Virus record (IMG/VR): IMGVR_UViG_3300029305_005280
Reading direction: 5' to 3' (one strand)
Length of the DNA stretch: 64,000 bases
From: a virus
Lineage: Duplodnaviria > Caudoviricetes
A program made the position numbers and the translations under genes. The notes beneath the pieces were generated by a model. That model did no database searches and was not told the DNA's origin. It saw only the letters and a program-made list of their open reading frames with translations. This document shows, one piece after another, positions 28,594 to 38,928 of the stretch (the first letter of the stretch is position 1; the number at the start of each line of letters is the position of its first letter).

Positions 28594-31500
28594 GTGGCTA
28601 AAAATCCTTTATCTTCATTAAGTTACACAAATAAAGATTTTACTTCGATATATGTTGAGTTACTTGACATTGTTAAAGAACTAAGCTCAAAGTGGGACCC
28701 AACTATTTCAAATGAATCAGACCCTGGTGTAATCTTATTGAAAGCTGATGCAATTATTGCAGATAAGAATAATTACAATATTGATAAAAATATTCTTGAA
28801 ATATATCCTGAGACTGTAACTCAGGAACTAAATGCAAGGAACAATTATAAACAACTTGCTTATAGTATGCCTTGGTATAAATCTGCAACTACTACCCTAA
28901 CCTTTAAGTGGGTGGGCAGAGATTTTAATCTTGGTGAATCCGCAACAATCAAAAAGTATACAATGGTAACAAATGAAACAGGAGATGTTGTTTATACTAC
29001 TCTTGCTGATGTGACACTAAATGCAGATACACTTGTTGCTACTGCACCTGCTATTGAGGGTACACTTAATACTTTAACAATTAACGGTTCAAGTGTCATT
29101 GATATTGTTAATCTTGACGAAAATAATAGAATATATCTACCTGATTATTCAGTTGCAGAAAATGGCGTCTTTGTTACTAATGTAGGTTCTCAAGCATTGT
29201 GGGAACAAGTGGACAATTTACAAGTCAGAACTCAAGGTAATATGTATTATGAGTTTGGTGTTGATAGCAGAAACTCAGTTTGTTATATTGAATTTCCTCA
29301 AGATATTGATACTTTGATTGGCTCAGGTATCGAGATTAGATATATGTTATCACAAGGTGCCAGCGGTAATATGTCAGCTGCAACTGTAGATAGATTCTAT
29401 AGCGACGAAAGTATCACAGTTGGTAATGACAGTTTTGTTTTGAATGAGGAAATTATCACACTTTACAATGCGTCTGCAAGTACAGATGGTGCTAATCCTG
29501 AATCATTACAACAAGCTTATAGAAGCTATAGAAAGACAGCTGGAACTTTTAAAACGTTAGTTACGCTTAGAGATTATATCAACTCAATATATAATAGTGG
29601 ATTAGTATCAAACGCTATTGTCAGTGATAGATTGAATGACATACAAAGTTCATATACTATCAAAACTGAAGATACAGTTAATCCATTTGTAACACAATTT
29701 CATAAATCAAGTACTGGAGTAGTTAGTTATTTTATTGATACTCCTCAAAGCGCTGATGAAGATGGTTGGTTTAAATATCAAAATAGAGAAATGATTTCTC
29801 ATACTCCAACTGAGTCTGAAATAGAAGCAAAAGCACAATTTTACAGAAGATTATCTGATAATTATGAAGTAGATATGAATGCTTTTGATTTGAAATTATA
29901 TCTATTGCACACACCAGGAATCATCAATAGCATTGATGATTATGAATCAACCTTTAATCTTGAATCACCAAGTAGTGTTGTGGAAACAGAAGTTAAAGGT
30001 TATATCTATGACCAACAGTGTGTACAGCATGATTTTGTATCAATTGTGGAAAATCTTCCTTGTTTGTACAAAAACTCGTATCCTATTGGAGTTAAGATTG
30101 TTCCGCAACATTATTTGACACCAATCCAGATAGACCAAGTTAAACAAAACATTGTTACTGCATTGTGGGATGTGTGTAATTCAAGAGCTATTGAATTTGG
30201 TGAAGAACCAGATTATGATATTATATATGATGCAATTCAAAATGCTGACGAACGTATTAAAGTGGTTATACTTGATGAATTTAAGTATACAACATATGCA
30301 ACTTACTGGGATGCTGCAAAAAAAGAGTTCAAAGATGTTCCCATTTCAAAAACAGAATCACAGCTTGTTATTGCAGTTGATGATGAAACGGATTTAGCTT
30401 ATCATAAGAAACATCTAACAACAGTAAGATTGAATTCTGCATATTTTGTTACAACTGATACATTTACCTACAGTGGTGAAAACATTGAAAAAGGTTCAGT
30501 GCTAAAGTATAATTCAAGAAATAACAAGTTTGAATTATATTCTGATAAGAGAAATGAATTTCAATTGGATGTTATTGCAAAAAGTGTTCTCGCAGGCACA
30601 ACTCCATTATACAAAGAAGATAGCTCTTTCGTTAATCAGTTAAATCATACATATGTTGATGATTTGACAACTGAGAGAATAACAACAGCACTGATTCTTT
30701 CACCTTTTTCAAATGGTAGAGCGGAAGCAAAAATTGTTGATATAAACGACGATGATATCAATGAAACCATTGTATATCCAGTTACTGACAATACACAGTT
30801 AAATGCAGAATACAAGTTAAAAGCAAATGAGACATTAAGATTACTTGCACCTGCTTTTGAAACTGAGACAAATTATTCTAACTATGTTAAGTTTGAGCTG
30901 GTGTTAAATCATAGCACCGGTACACAAGAGACATCTGTAGAGTACAACGAATCAATTCCTGATGATACAGGCGATTCTTATCATCTTGTTTATGCATCAG
31001 AATATGATGAACAGCTGTACAATGCAGTCAAAACAAGCTTATTCAATCTTGTTGACCGCGAAGGTAAGGACATTCTTTCATTCTCAGCAGCTGAGCTAGA
31101 AGAAACTCATGAAGTTAGAATTCTGACAGAAGCAAATACAAGATGCTTACAAACGGATACATACGGAAATGTTACAAGTGAAGCATTATCTTTTCAGGAT
31201 AATGCAATATGGAGTGCAAGTATCACAAAAGTAACTGATGGTTACAATGTTAACTTAAAACAAGGAGACAAGTATTTAACAGTTGATAGTGGTAAGGTTG
31301 TTTGTAAAGCAACACCTAAGTGTTTCTGGCGTGTAACACCGGTTAAGTTACCATTGTTTGTTCAGCTGGATTCAGACATTGATAATGATTATTCATGTAC
31401 ATTCCATTTCAATGCAGATAATCAGCAATTATTAACAGTCAACTCATTACAGAAAGCAAGTAAGGTTGTATATGCAGATGGACAACAATGGTTTGACCCT

Positions 31501-33534
31501 GCACAGATTGCAGTAAGATTCACTGAAAACATGAGTGATACTGAATATAAACAAGGAGACCTTTGGTTAAGGTATAAGTATGTAAAGAGTGGAGCTAGTG
31601 CAGAATTTAAGAATGAAAAAGTTATTATTTTTAATTCTTGGGCAGCTGGCGATATTTTACTATATGAATTAAAAAATCTATACACAATCCCTGCAAATAC
31701 TGATTATCAGTTATGCGAGAATGATTATATAACATTTTTCTGGCGAACAGAAGATTCAGAAGATGCACCATACAAGTATATTAAGTATACAGGCATATCT
31801 TCAACAGATATGACTTCTACAAAGCAGTCACCCATTATTAGACCTACATTTACAGTTAATGGTGTGGGAATTGATGAAGCACAAGTTAATCCTACAACTT
31901 TGAACTCAGAAGGTGAGATTGCATACGGTTCAAAAGAGTATACTAAAGTATATGGCTTCTATGGTGATAACGATTTGTCAGGAACAAAAGCAATCGAGAT
32001 TCGTAAAATGAATCAGGTTGTTTTGAACTCAGGTAAGAATAATTACTATTTTATTACAAATAAGATTGTTCAAGAAAATGATACTGACCATTACAAGATG
32101 GTTATGAAATCATTGAAAGAGCCTAGTGAATTTGTTAGAGATGAACAGGGCAATATAATTGGCTCATATAGATATACTTTACAGTCTGATGAGTATTTCA
32201 TCAACACAAACAAGACACTAACTGAATATGAAATTCTTGGTCCGGGTTCTCTAATAGGATTGAACGTAACATTCAATCCAAGTGAAGAACAAGATATAAC
32301 GAATACTTTTGAGCTTGATGTTCAAGCTGTTCTATATCAAGATGTTATTATTTTAGGAATCAAAGCATTTGGTGACTATTGTAAATCCATTCCTGCTACA
32401 TATGAAATGTACTGTAGAGAACAACAAATCTATAATATTGTTGCAAATGATACTTTGATGATAAAAATGAATGATTCAAATAGTGTTAAATCAAGACCTA
32501 TTTTTACATCTTGGAATGATACATTGATTGATAAGGATTTTGAAATAAGTTATAAATCTTCATCAGGTGAAATCATCACACTACCTCAGATAAACATTCA
32601 GAGTGATGAGTGCTCATGGTCAGGTAGGGCATGTTTAAACTTGAATATTTCTAGTGAAGAGCCACAATTGATTGAAGGAATTTCAAAAGATTCAAATAAT
32701 AGCTATGATTACAAATCAATACAGATGCTAATGTTAGAGTCTACCAACGATATTGGAGACAGTGCATATCGTATCTATCCTGATTTTAATACAACTAATT
32801 TTAGCGTAGAACCAGAACAACTTTACATCCAAAGTGATGTTTTTGTAAATAAAGTTGGCGGAACTAACATTGACATTTCCTATGTTGATTTGCTGGGTGA
32901 TAGAAAAGCAGTTGATTTATATTTATATGCTTTAAATGATGTATTTACTACTTCACCTTTCTCAATCCGTGATGATGGCGCTATTATTTGTAATATGATT
33001 GATATGACAAACCAAACTGTAACAGTTGAAGTTATGCTTGATACTGATGGTAAGTATATGTTATCTATTGATAATCTGTCTGAGGAAATCAAGTTGTCAG
33101 TGGAAGTAAACAATGTTCCTGCATTGTCATTGAGTAGTAAGTCACAATTTGTAGGAGCAGGTATGTCTTATTACATACTTGAGCCAGCTGAGAAACATAC
33201 AATCAAGTTTTCAATTGATAAAGCAGCCGACACTAATTCAGACCATTTCATAATAAACTCATTATTCAAATTCATTGATAATACTTTATTTGAGACAGAG
33301 TATGGTATTACAACAGATAATATTCTGAATAGAATTAGAACCCTCGATGTTGATTCTATCTTTAAGTACAACAATGTTGTAACAGATAAAGATGAGATTT
33401 ATATAGAGGACCCACTTGATGGTAAATCATTCTTCAACTCAAATCACGTTATGAATCAATTTACTATTGGTAAGGCAGAGCTAAGATTATCTGATTCTAC
33501 CGATGCATATATTTTACCGATAAATAATAGGTGA
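28594..33534 (+). CDS. Large baseplate wedge protein (gp6/gpJ-like) with long C-terminal extension
   Basis: SYTNKDF, ESDPGVILL, GANPES, LVTLRDY motifs in N-terminal 350 aa. Confidence 0.8.
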   Translation: MAKNPLSSLSYTNKDFTSIYVELLDIVKELSSKWDPTISNESDPGVILLKADAIIADKNNYNIDKNILEIYPETVTQELNARNNYKQLAYSMPWYKSATTTLTFKWVGRDFNLGESATIKKYTMVTNETGDVVYTTLADVTLNADTLVATAPAIEGTLNTLTINGSSVIDIVNLDENNRIYLPDYSVAENGVFVTNVGSQALWEQVDNLQVRTQGNMYYEFGVDSRNSVCYIEFPQDIDTLIGSGIEIRYMLSQGASGNMSAATVDRFYSDESITVGNDSFVLNEEIITLYNASASTDGANPESLQQAYRSYRKTAGTFKTLVTLRDYINSIYNSGLVSNAIVSDRLNDIQSSYTIKTEDTVNPFVTQFHKSSTGVVSYFIDTPQSADEDGWFKYQNREMISHTPTESEIEAKAQFYRRLSDNYEVDMNAFDLKLYLLHTPGIINSIDDYESTFNLESPSSVVETEVKGYIYDQQCVQHDFVSIVENLPCLYKNSYPIGVKIVPQHYLTPIQIDQVKQNIVTALWDVCNSRAIEFGEEPDYDIIYDAIQNADERIKVVILDEFKYTTYATYWDAAKKEFKDVPISKTESQLVIAVDDETDLAYHKKHLTTVRLNSAYFVTTDTFTYSGENIEKGSVLKYNSRNNKFELYSDKRNEFQLDVIAKSVLAGTTPLYKEDSSFVNQLNHTYVDDLTTERITTALILSPFSNGRAEAKIVDINDDDINETIVYPVTDNTQLNAEYKLKANETLRLLAPAFETETNYSNYVKFELVLNHSTGTQETSVEYNESIPDDTGDSYHLVYASEYDEQLYNAVKTSLFNLVDREGKDILSFSAAELEETHEVRILTEANTRCLQTDTYGNVTSEALSFQDNAIWSASITKVTDGYNVNLKQGDKYLTVDSGKVVCKATPKCFWRVTPVKLPLFVQLDSDIDNDYSCTFHFNADNQQLLTVNSLQKASKVVYADGQQWFDPAQIAVRFTENMSDTEYKQGDLWLRYKYVKSGASAEFKNEKVIIFNSWAAGDILLYELKNLYTIPANTDYQLCENDYITFFWRTEDSEDAPYKYIKYTGISSTDMTSTKQSPIIRPTFTVNGVGIDEAQVNPTTLNSEGEIAYGSKEYTKVYGFYGDNDLSGTKAIEIRKMNQVVLNSGKNNYYFITNKIVQENDTDHYKMVMKSLKEPSEFVRDEQGNIIGSYRYTLQSDEYFINTNKTLTEYEILGPGSLIGLNVTFNPSEEQDITNTFELDVQAVLYQDVIILGIKAFGDYCKSIPATYEMYCREQQIYNIVANDTLMIKMNDSNSVKSRPIFTSWNDTLIDKDFEISYKSSSGEIITLPQINIQSDECSWSGRACLNLNISSEEPQLIEGISKDSNNSYDYKSIQMLMLESTNDIGDSAYRIYPDFNTTNFSVEPEQLYIQSDVFVNKVGGTNIDISYVDLLGDRKAVDLYLYALNDVFTTSPFSIRDDGAIICNMIDMTNQTVTVEVMLDTDGKYMLSIDNLSEEIKLSVEVNNVPALSLSSKSQFVGAGMSYYILEPAEKHTIKFSIDKAADTNSDHFIINSLFKFIDNTLFETEYGITTDNILNRIRTLDVDSIFKYNNVVTDKDEIYIEDPLDGKSFFNSNHVMNQFTIGKAELRLSDSTDAYILPINNR

Positions 33535-33538
33535 TAAG

Positions 33539-34828
33539 ATGGCAGTATTTAGATTACAAGAAAATATGCCTGATGTTTATGTAAGGAAATCAAGAGATTT
33601 TCAACTTCTTTGTAATAGCTTTGATGCTGTTTTTAATAGTGTAAAAAATGATATTGATAGTATTACAAATGTAGTTGATACAAGATTATGTAGCGAAAGA
33701 TTACTTCCTTTGTTGCAAACTAAACTTGGTTTCTTTACAAATAAACATTTAACTGCAACAGAATTAAGAACCGTTCTTCAAGCTTTCAAATACATTGTTA
33801 GGGATAAAGGTTCAAGAACAGGTATAAGAGAAGCTATTGAAGTATTTTTGAAAGTTGCAAATGCTTCAAACAAATCAAGAATACAGATTGTTGATAATTT
33901 TGTTTCAATTGATGGACACACTAGTGAAACTAGACCTGGTAACACATACATTGTAGAAGTTGCTATTGAAGGACAGCAAATGGATACAACTTTACTTACA
34001 GAGTTGTTAAAGTATGTACTGCCTGCAGGTTATCAACTAAAATATAGTTTCTATAACGCAACTCAAACAGTAACACAAATACATGATAAGGATACTGTTC
34101 ACATCATATTTGTTGATAAGAGTGATAATAATGGAATTAGACTCACTACATCAAATGATTCTGATGATAGATATCCATATGAATTAACTTGGGTTGATTT
34201 TGAGTCAGCTGATGAAAGTTATTATTATATCAAAGAAAATAATGCATATATTAAATTGCATTCAATTCCTAATGATTGGCCAAATGGAGAATATTATAGA
34301 GCTAAGTATATCTATGAATATGAGAATAATGCTGTTGAGGTAAAAGAGATACTGTTACCTCAATATGAACCCAGTAAGTATTACAGAAGTATTGGTATTG
34401 AAGATGAGATTGTTCTAATTACAACTCCAGAAGCTCCTGAAGATTGGGGAAGTAGCGAAACAACATTTTACTATGATAGTGACGGTTCTGAGCCTATTGA
34501 GTTTGAAGCAGAATATAGACCATTGGTTGATGGCGTCTATGTTCCATTTGAAGAGAACAAATATTATGCAAAAACTAGTAGTGGTACTTATGAACTTGTT
34601 ACTGGTAAATTTGTTGAGGCGGGAACATATTATACACAAACAATTGACACTAGATATTACAAAGTTGTACTTCCTTATAACAGCATAAACGGAGTAGGTA
34701 CAACAACGACATTTAAGTTTACAAGTAATGATATTTCAGAAACATCATTTGATAATGCAAAGAAAGCAGAACTACCGAGTGATGAATCCGGTGTTGATTG
34801 GATGAAAGATTTGGAGGATTCTGAATAA
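33539..34828 (+). CDS. Baseplate wedge protein (gp7/gpI-like)
   Basis: LLPLL...KGSRTGIREAI...YVLPAG pattern. Confidence 0.7.
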   Translation: MAVFRLQENMPDVYVRKSRDFQLLCNSFDAVFNSVKNDIDSITNVVDTRLCSERLLPLLQTKLGFFTNKHLTATELRTVLQAFKYIVRDKGSRTGIREAIEVFLKVANASNKSRIQIVDNFVSIDGHTSETRPGNTYIVEVAIEGQQMDTTLLTELLKYVLPAGYQLKYSFYNATQTVTQIHDKDTVHIIFVDKSDNNGIRLTTSNDSDDRYPYELTWVDFESADESYYYIKENNAYIKLHSIPNDWPNGEYYRAKYIYEYENNAVEVKEILLPQYEPSKYYRSIGIEDEIVLITTPEAPEDWGSSETTFYYDSDGSEPIEFEAEYRPLVDGVYVPFEENKYYAKTSSGTYELVTGKFVEAGTYYTQTIDTRYYKVVLPYNSINGVGTTTTFKFTSNDISETSFDNAKKAELPSDESGVDWMKDLEDSE

Positions 34829-34829
34829 T

Positions 34830-35327
34830 ATGAAAGATTTGAAAGCTATTATTGGCAATTCAATTTCATACAGAGGTAACCTTTCAGTTACGCTAAATGT
34901 AAAGGGACATAAATATCCCTTTACATTTAATAATCATGGAACAAAACATTTGTTAGACACAATTACACGGGCTCTGGCGGGTTATTCAATAACAGGTGCT
35001 ACCCCTCGTTATATTGATTTTCAACATACTCTCGATGGAACTCAATATCAGTCGGTGTTAAAAAATCTGGTTCCATTTACAGGTATTGTTTATGGAGAAG
35101 CTGCCGATGCTGAAGAAAATGAAGGAAGAGTTCTTCTAAATGCAACTTTAACATATGAAGATAAACAGTATATTACCACATTGTATAGCCCTAGACTTGT
35201 TATACTTGATGATGAGAAACGAGTCCTTGCGGAAATCACAGAAGGTGACTTCCAAACATTGTGGAATTCAATTACAGATGCAACTGATGCACTAATTGAA
35301 TGGAAAATGATATTCACAACAGTTTAA
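34830..35327 (+). CDS. Hypothetical tail/baseplate protein
   Basis: ORF in tail operon. Confidence 0.45.
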   Translation: MKDLKAIIGNSISYRGNLSVTLNVKGHKYPFTFNNHGTKHLLDTITRALAGYSITGATPRYIDFQHTLDGTQYQSVLKNLVPFTGIVYGEAADAEENEGRVLLNATLTYEDKQYITTLYSPRLVILDDEKRVLAEITEGDFQTLWNSITDATDALIEWKMIFTTV

Positions 35328-35337
35328 GGAGATTATT

Positions 35338-35967
35338 ATGTCATATATTAACAAAGATGCAATTAGTGTATTCCCACTTGCAAAAAATAGGCCGTCTGAT
35401 AGAAGTGCACGCTTATTCTATGAAAATAATGTTGCAAATATTATTAGGCAGTTGGTAGATACTGAAGGTTTTATTATCCTACCCGAAGCAGGAACAGATG
35501 CAACACAGGACTTATTTATATTAAACAATGATTCTTCAAAGACTGTTCTTGATGGCGCTGAGGATTTACTTAAGATAACATTTAGTATAAATGCACCTCT
35601 TGTATTTAATCTTTATGGTTATTATTTTAATATCTGGAACGAGTCAACTGGTTCTGTTGATATTTTCAATCAGCAGAAGTTAAGTCAAGATGAAGTTAAT
35701 AATGGATTTGAAGTTTGGGCTTATATTGATATTGACTCAGTTGCAAAAGAAATTCTTGGTCAAGATGTTAATAATTTCTATGAAGGGCTTGTGTTCTGTA
35801 CCGGAGCAACTGCACTTGACACAGAAGGTAGACATAAGTTAAAGATTGCAGATTGTTGGATTGATTCTGATGGAAATTTGAAATCAACGATTGCAAATAA
35901 CAGTTATATGAAATTAAATTCAAAAAGTCTGGATGTTACCATCAGCAGAATTGATGGTAAGCACTAA
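35338..35967 (+). CDS. Hypothetical tail protein
   Basis: ORF with AAGGAG RBS; last gene of the tail cluster. Confidence 0.45.
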   Translation: MSYINKDAISVFPLAKNRPSDRSARLFYENNVANIIRQLVDTEGFIILPEAGTDATQDLFILNNDSSKTVLDGAEDLLKITFSINAPLVFNLYGYYFNIWNESTGSVDIFNQQKLSQDEVNNGFEVWAYIDIDSVAKEILGQDVNNFYEGLVFCTGATALDTEGRHKLKIADCWIDSDGNLKSTIANNSYMKLNSKSLDVTISRIDGKH

Positions 35968-36016
35968 GAGACAATTGTATATATTATTATAAATCTAAGA
36001 ATGTATAGAGGTTAAT

Positions 36017-36322
36017 ATGAGTAGAAAATTAAATGTTATCACTTGTCCTAAATGTGGCAGAGAATACATGCCCGCGGAAATTTTCATACCAAAAAATCTT
36101 TTAGGAGCTCCTTCAGTTATTAAAAGAAATGCTGATGGAAAAATTGAAGATTTTATTGGAACAGATATGGACCTAAATGAAAGATATTGTTGTGATTCAT
36201 GTAACACAGTATTTGGAGTTGTTGCTGATATTTCTTTCAGAAGTAATGTTGATGCAAGATTCGATATCATGAATGATTATTCTTCAGAAATGGGTCCAAA
36301 ATTTACACTGGTTGAGTACTAA
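36017..36322 (+). CDS. Zn-ribbon protein
   Basis: CPKC...CDSC. Confidence 0.6.
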   Translation: MSRKLNVITCPKCGREYMPAEIFIPKNLLGAPSVIKRNADGKIEDFIGTDMDLNERYCCDSCNTVFGVVADISFRSNVDARFDIMNDYSSEMGPKFTLVEY

Positions 36323-37995
36323 TGATAAAAATAAAAGAATTGACACCAAAGAAGATACCTGGACTATCTTCTTTGTTTGTTACTTTTGACTACTGTAAGG
36401 AAATTGTTGCAGTTATTAAAACTTGTACTCCTGCATATTTTGATAAGAAAACTTCGGTGTGGGAGATACCTACAACAAGGCTTGCAAAGTTCATAAATGG
36501 TGTTAATCAATTTGATGATATTGAGTTTTATCCTCAGCACAAGAAACGACTAGAAGATAAAGTATTTAAACTAAGTAATTATAAAACAACACCCTATGAT
36601 TATCAGTATGAGGGCATACAATATGGTTTAAATCATGATAAGTGGTTACTTCTTGATGCACCCGGCCTTGGAAAAACCCTACAGTTAATCTATCTTGCTC
36701 AAGAGTTAAAAAAACGTGATAACATTGAACATTGTTTGATACTATGTGGTATAAACACATTAAAAACAAACTGGAAAAAGGAAATACAAAAACATTCAAA
36801 CTTATCCTGCACGATACTTGGAGAAAGAGTAAACAAGAAAGGTAAAGTTGTTTATGAAGGCGTATCTCAGCGGTTAGCTCAATTAAAACATAAGATAAAA
36901 GAGTTTTTTGTTATTACTAATATAGAAACCTTACGAGATGATGAAATCGTTGCAGCGCTAAAGCAAGGCAAGAATAAATTTGATATGATTGTGGTGGATG
37001 AGATACACACTTGTAAGTCGCATCAATCTCAACAAGGAAAAAATTTACTGAAGTTAAACAACGCAAAATACAAAGTTGGTTTAACAGGAACATTGCTCTT
37101 GAATAATCCACTTGATGCATACATTCCTCTAAAGTGGACTGAAAATGAACGAGCTCCATATACTAATTTCAGATATCAGTATTGTCAGTATGGTGGTCCT
37201 TTTGGTAATGATTTTATCGGGTATAAAAACATTGATGTTTTAAAAGAGCAGATAAATACTTGCTCACTGCGCAGAACGAAAGATTTGCTTGATTTGCCAC
37301 CAAAAACAATCATTGATGAATATCTTGATATGTCCGATAGACAAGCACAATTTTATCAAAATATTGTTGATGGTGTTCTTGATGAAGTGGATAAAGTTCA
37401 TATTTCAACAGCAAATCTACTCGCAATGGTGGGACGATTAAGACAGGCAACTGCTTGTCCATCAATATTAACAACAGAAAATATTCCGTCTGCAAAGATG
37501 GATAGATGCTGTGAATTGATTGAAGAGATAACTGGAAATGGAAACAAAGTTGTTGTTTTTTCTACATTTAAGCAAACATTGAATGAGCTAGAACAAAGGT
37601 TACAGCAATATAATCCTTTGCTTTGTCATGGCGATGTCCCCGATGATGTAATATCTAAAAACATTGATACTTTTCAATCATCAGATTTTAACAAAGTTAT
37701 GCTTTGTACACATCAAAAGATGGGAACCGGTGTAACATTAACAGCCGCAAGTTATGCTATATTCATTGATTCACCTTGGACCGATGGACAAGCAGAACAA
37801 GCGGAGGATAGAATACATCGTATTGGTAGTAAAGACCCAGTGTTTATCTACTATCTATGGTGCAACGATACCTTTGATTTAAGAACACAAGAGATAGTCA
37901 GAGATAAAGCGTTACTGGGTGATTGGATAATTGACAACAAGTGTTCGCCGGGAATGTCTGAACGGTTACATCAGATGATATTAGATTTAAAATAA
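36322..37995 (+). CDS. SNF2-family helicase
   Basis: DAPGLGKT, DEIH, LTGT, GTGVTLTAAS, QAEDRIHRIG. Confidence 0.92.
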   Translation: MIKIKELTPKKIPGLSSLFVTFDYCKEIVAVIKTCTPAYFDKKTSVWEIPTTRLAKFINGVNQFDDIEFYPQHKKRLEDKVFKLSNYKTTPYDYQYEGIQYGLNHDKWLLLDAPGLGKTLQLIYLAQELKKRDNIEHCLILCGINTLKTNWKKEIQKHSNLSCTILGERVNKKGKVVYEGVSQRLAQLKHKIKEFFVITNIETLRDDEIVAALKQGKNKFDMIVVDEIHTCKSHQSQQGKNLLKLNNAKYKVGLTGTLLLNNPLDAYIPLKWTENERAPYTNFRYQYCQYGGPFGNDFIGYKNIDVLKEQINTCSLRRTKDLLDLPPKTIIDEYLDMSDRQAQFYQNIVDGVLDEVDKVHISTANLLAMVGRLRQATACPSILTTENIPSAKMDRCCELIEEITGNGNKVVVFSTFKQTLNELEQRLQQYNPLLCHGDVPDDVISKNIDTFQSSDFNKVMLCTHQKMGTGVTLTAASYAIFIDSPWTDGQAEQAEDRIHRIGSKDPVFIYYLWCNDTFDLRTQEIVRDKALLGDWIIDNKCSPGMSERLHQMILDLK

Positions 37996-38021
37996 GCCGC
38001 AAATGCGACTTATTTTTTTTT
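37991..38021 (+). terminator. Intrinsic terminator
   Basis: aataagccgc...gcgacttatt imperfect stem followed by long T tract. Confidence 0.75.
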
Positions 38022-38036
38022 GTTTTTCTATTGATT

Positions 38037-38068
38037 TAGTTGTATTTTTATATTATATTATTTATAAT
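38037..38068 (+). promoter_or_regulatory. SigmaA-type early/middle promoter
   Basis: TAG-TTGTAT-17 bp-TATAAT. Confidence 0.75.
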
Positions 38069-38144
38069 ATAATTGATAATAATATTACTGTTAATATGTT
38101 ATTATTAAGTTTTACATATAAGGATTTTTAATTTAGGTGATTAG

Positions 38145-38924
38145 TTGATAAAAGAGTATAGAGAGGTGTTTCAACAATCTGCAAGTGTTATACCCGATTA
38201 TAAAAAAATATCTCAAATTGAGTTAGCAGAAAAATATCTTGAAAAAGGGCCCAATTCTGATGCTTATTTGTCGGCATTGATTCTAAGATACTGGAATATT
38301 ATCGAAAAGATGCTATATAAAGATTATGGGTTGTACGATGAAAAAGAAGCATATGATTGGTTTATGGATTCTTTGTTATATGCAATAACATATAAACCGT
38401 GGCAGGACCCAAAAAGTGGAGTCTATCAAGACCCTAAAGCAATTGAAAAAGTTCTGAACACATGTATCAAATGTAGTAGAGCAAACTGGTTTCAAGCGTC
38501 CAATAGACATAAAAGAAAAATAAATCATAATACAAGTAGTTTAGAAGCATTGTCTGAAGAGTTTAAAGATTCCTATCTACCTCGAGAATTAACAGTTGAT
38601 TTAAATCAAGACGGATATACATATTTGATTGAAGAAGCATTCAATAAACAACAATATCTATTTGCATTGATTGTGGACGTAATTGTTCACGATATTTCGT
38701 TAGACAAAGTTACTGATACAAAGAGTTTGATATTAGTAATCAAGAGGTCAATTAGAACATTGCCTGTTGATTATTATAAGATTTTTGCAAAAAATTATGG
38801 ATTCGACCCACAGCAAGTTGAAAAATCATTTTCGTTCATTTACAATATGAGTGACCAAAAATTAAAACAGTCAATTGAGAATTACATATACAAGTTAAGA
38901 AATATTCTGAAAAGAGAGGATTAG
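38145..38924 (+). CDS. Putative divergent RNA polymerase sigma factor
   Basis: LILRYWNIIEKM...EAYDWFMDSLLYAI resembles sigma70 region 2; SSLEAL resembles the region-3 linker. Confidence 0.5.
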   Translation: MIKEYREVFQQSASVIPDYKKISQIELAEKYLEKGPNSDAYLSALILRYWNIIEKMLYKDYGLYDEKEAYDWFMDSLLYAITYKPWQDPKSGVYQDPKAIEKVLNTCIKCSRANWFQASNRHKRKINHNTSSLEALSEEFKDSYLPRELTVDLNQDGYTYLIEEAFNKQQYLFALIVDVIVHDISLDKVTDTKSLILVIKRSIRTLPVDYYKIFAKNYGFDPQQVEKSFSFIYNMSDQKLKQSIENYIYKLRNILKRED

Positions 38925-38928
38925 TTAT

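Noticed and set aside
37996-38144. AT-rich gap as replication origin
   Set aside because: Largely explained by a terminator plus a consensus promoter; no iterons seen, though an origin cannot be excluded
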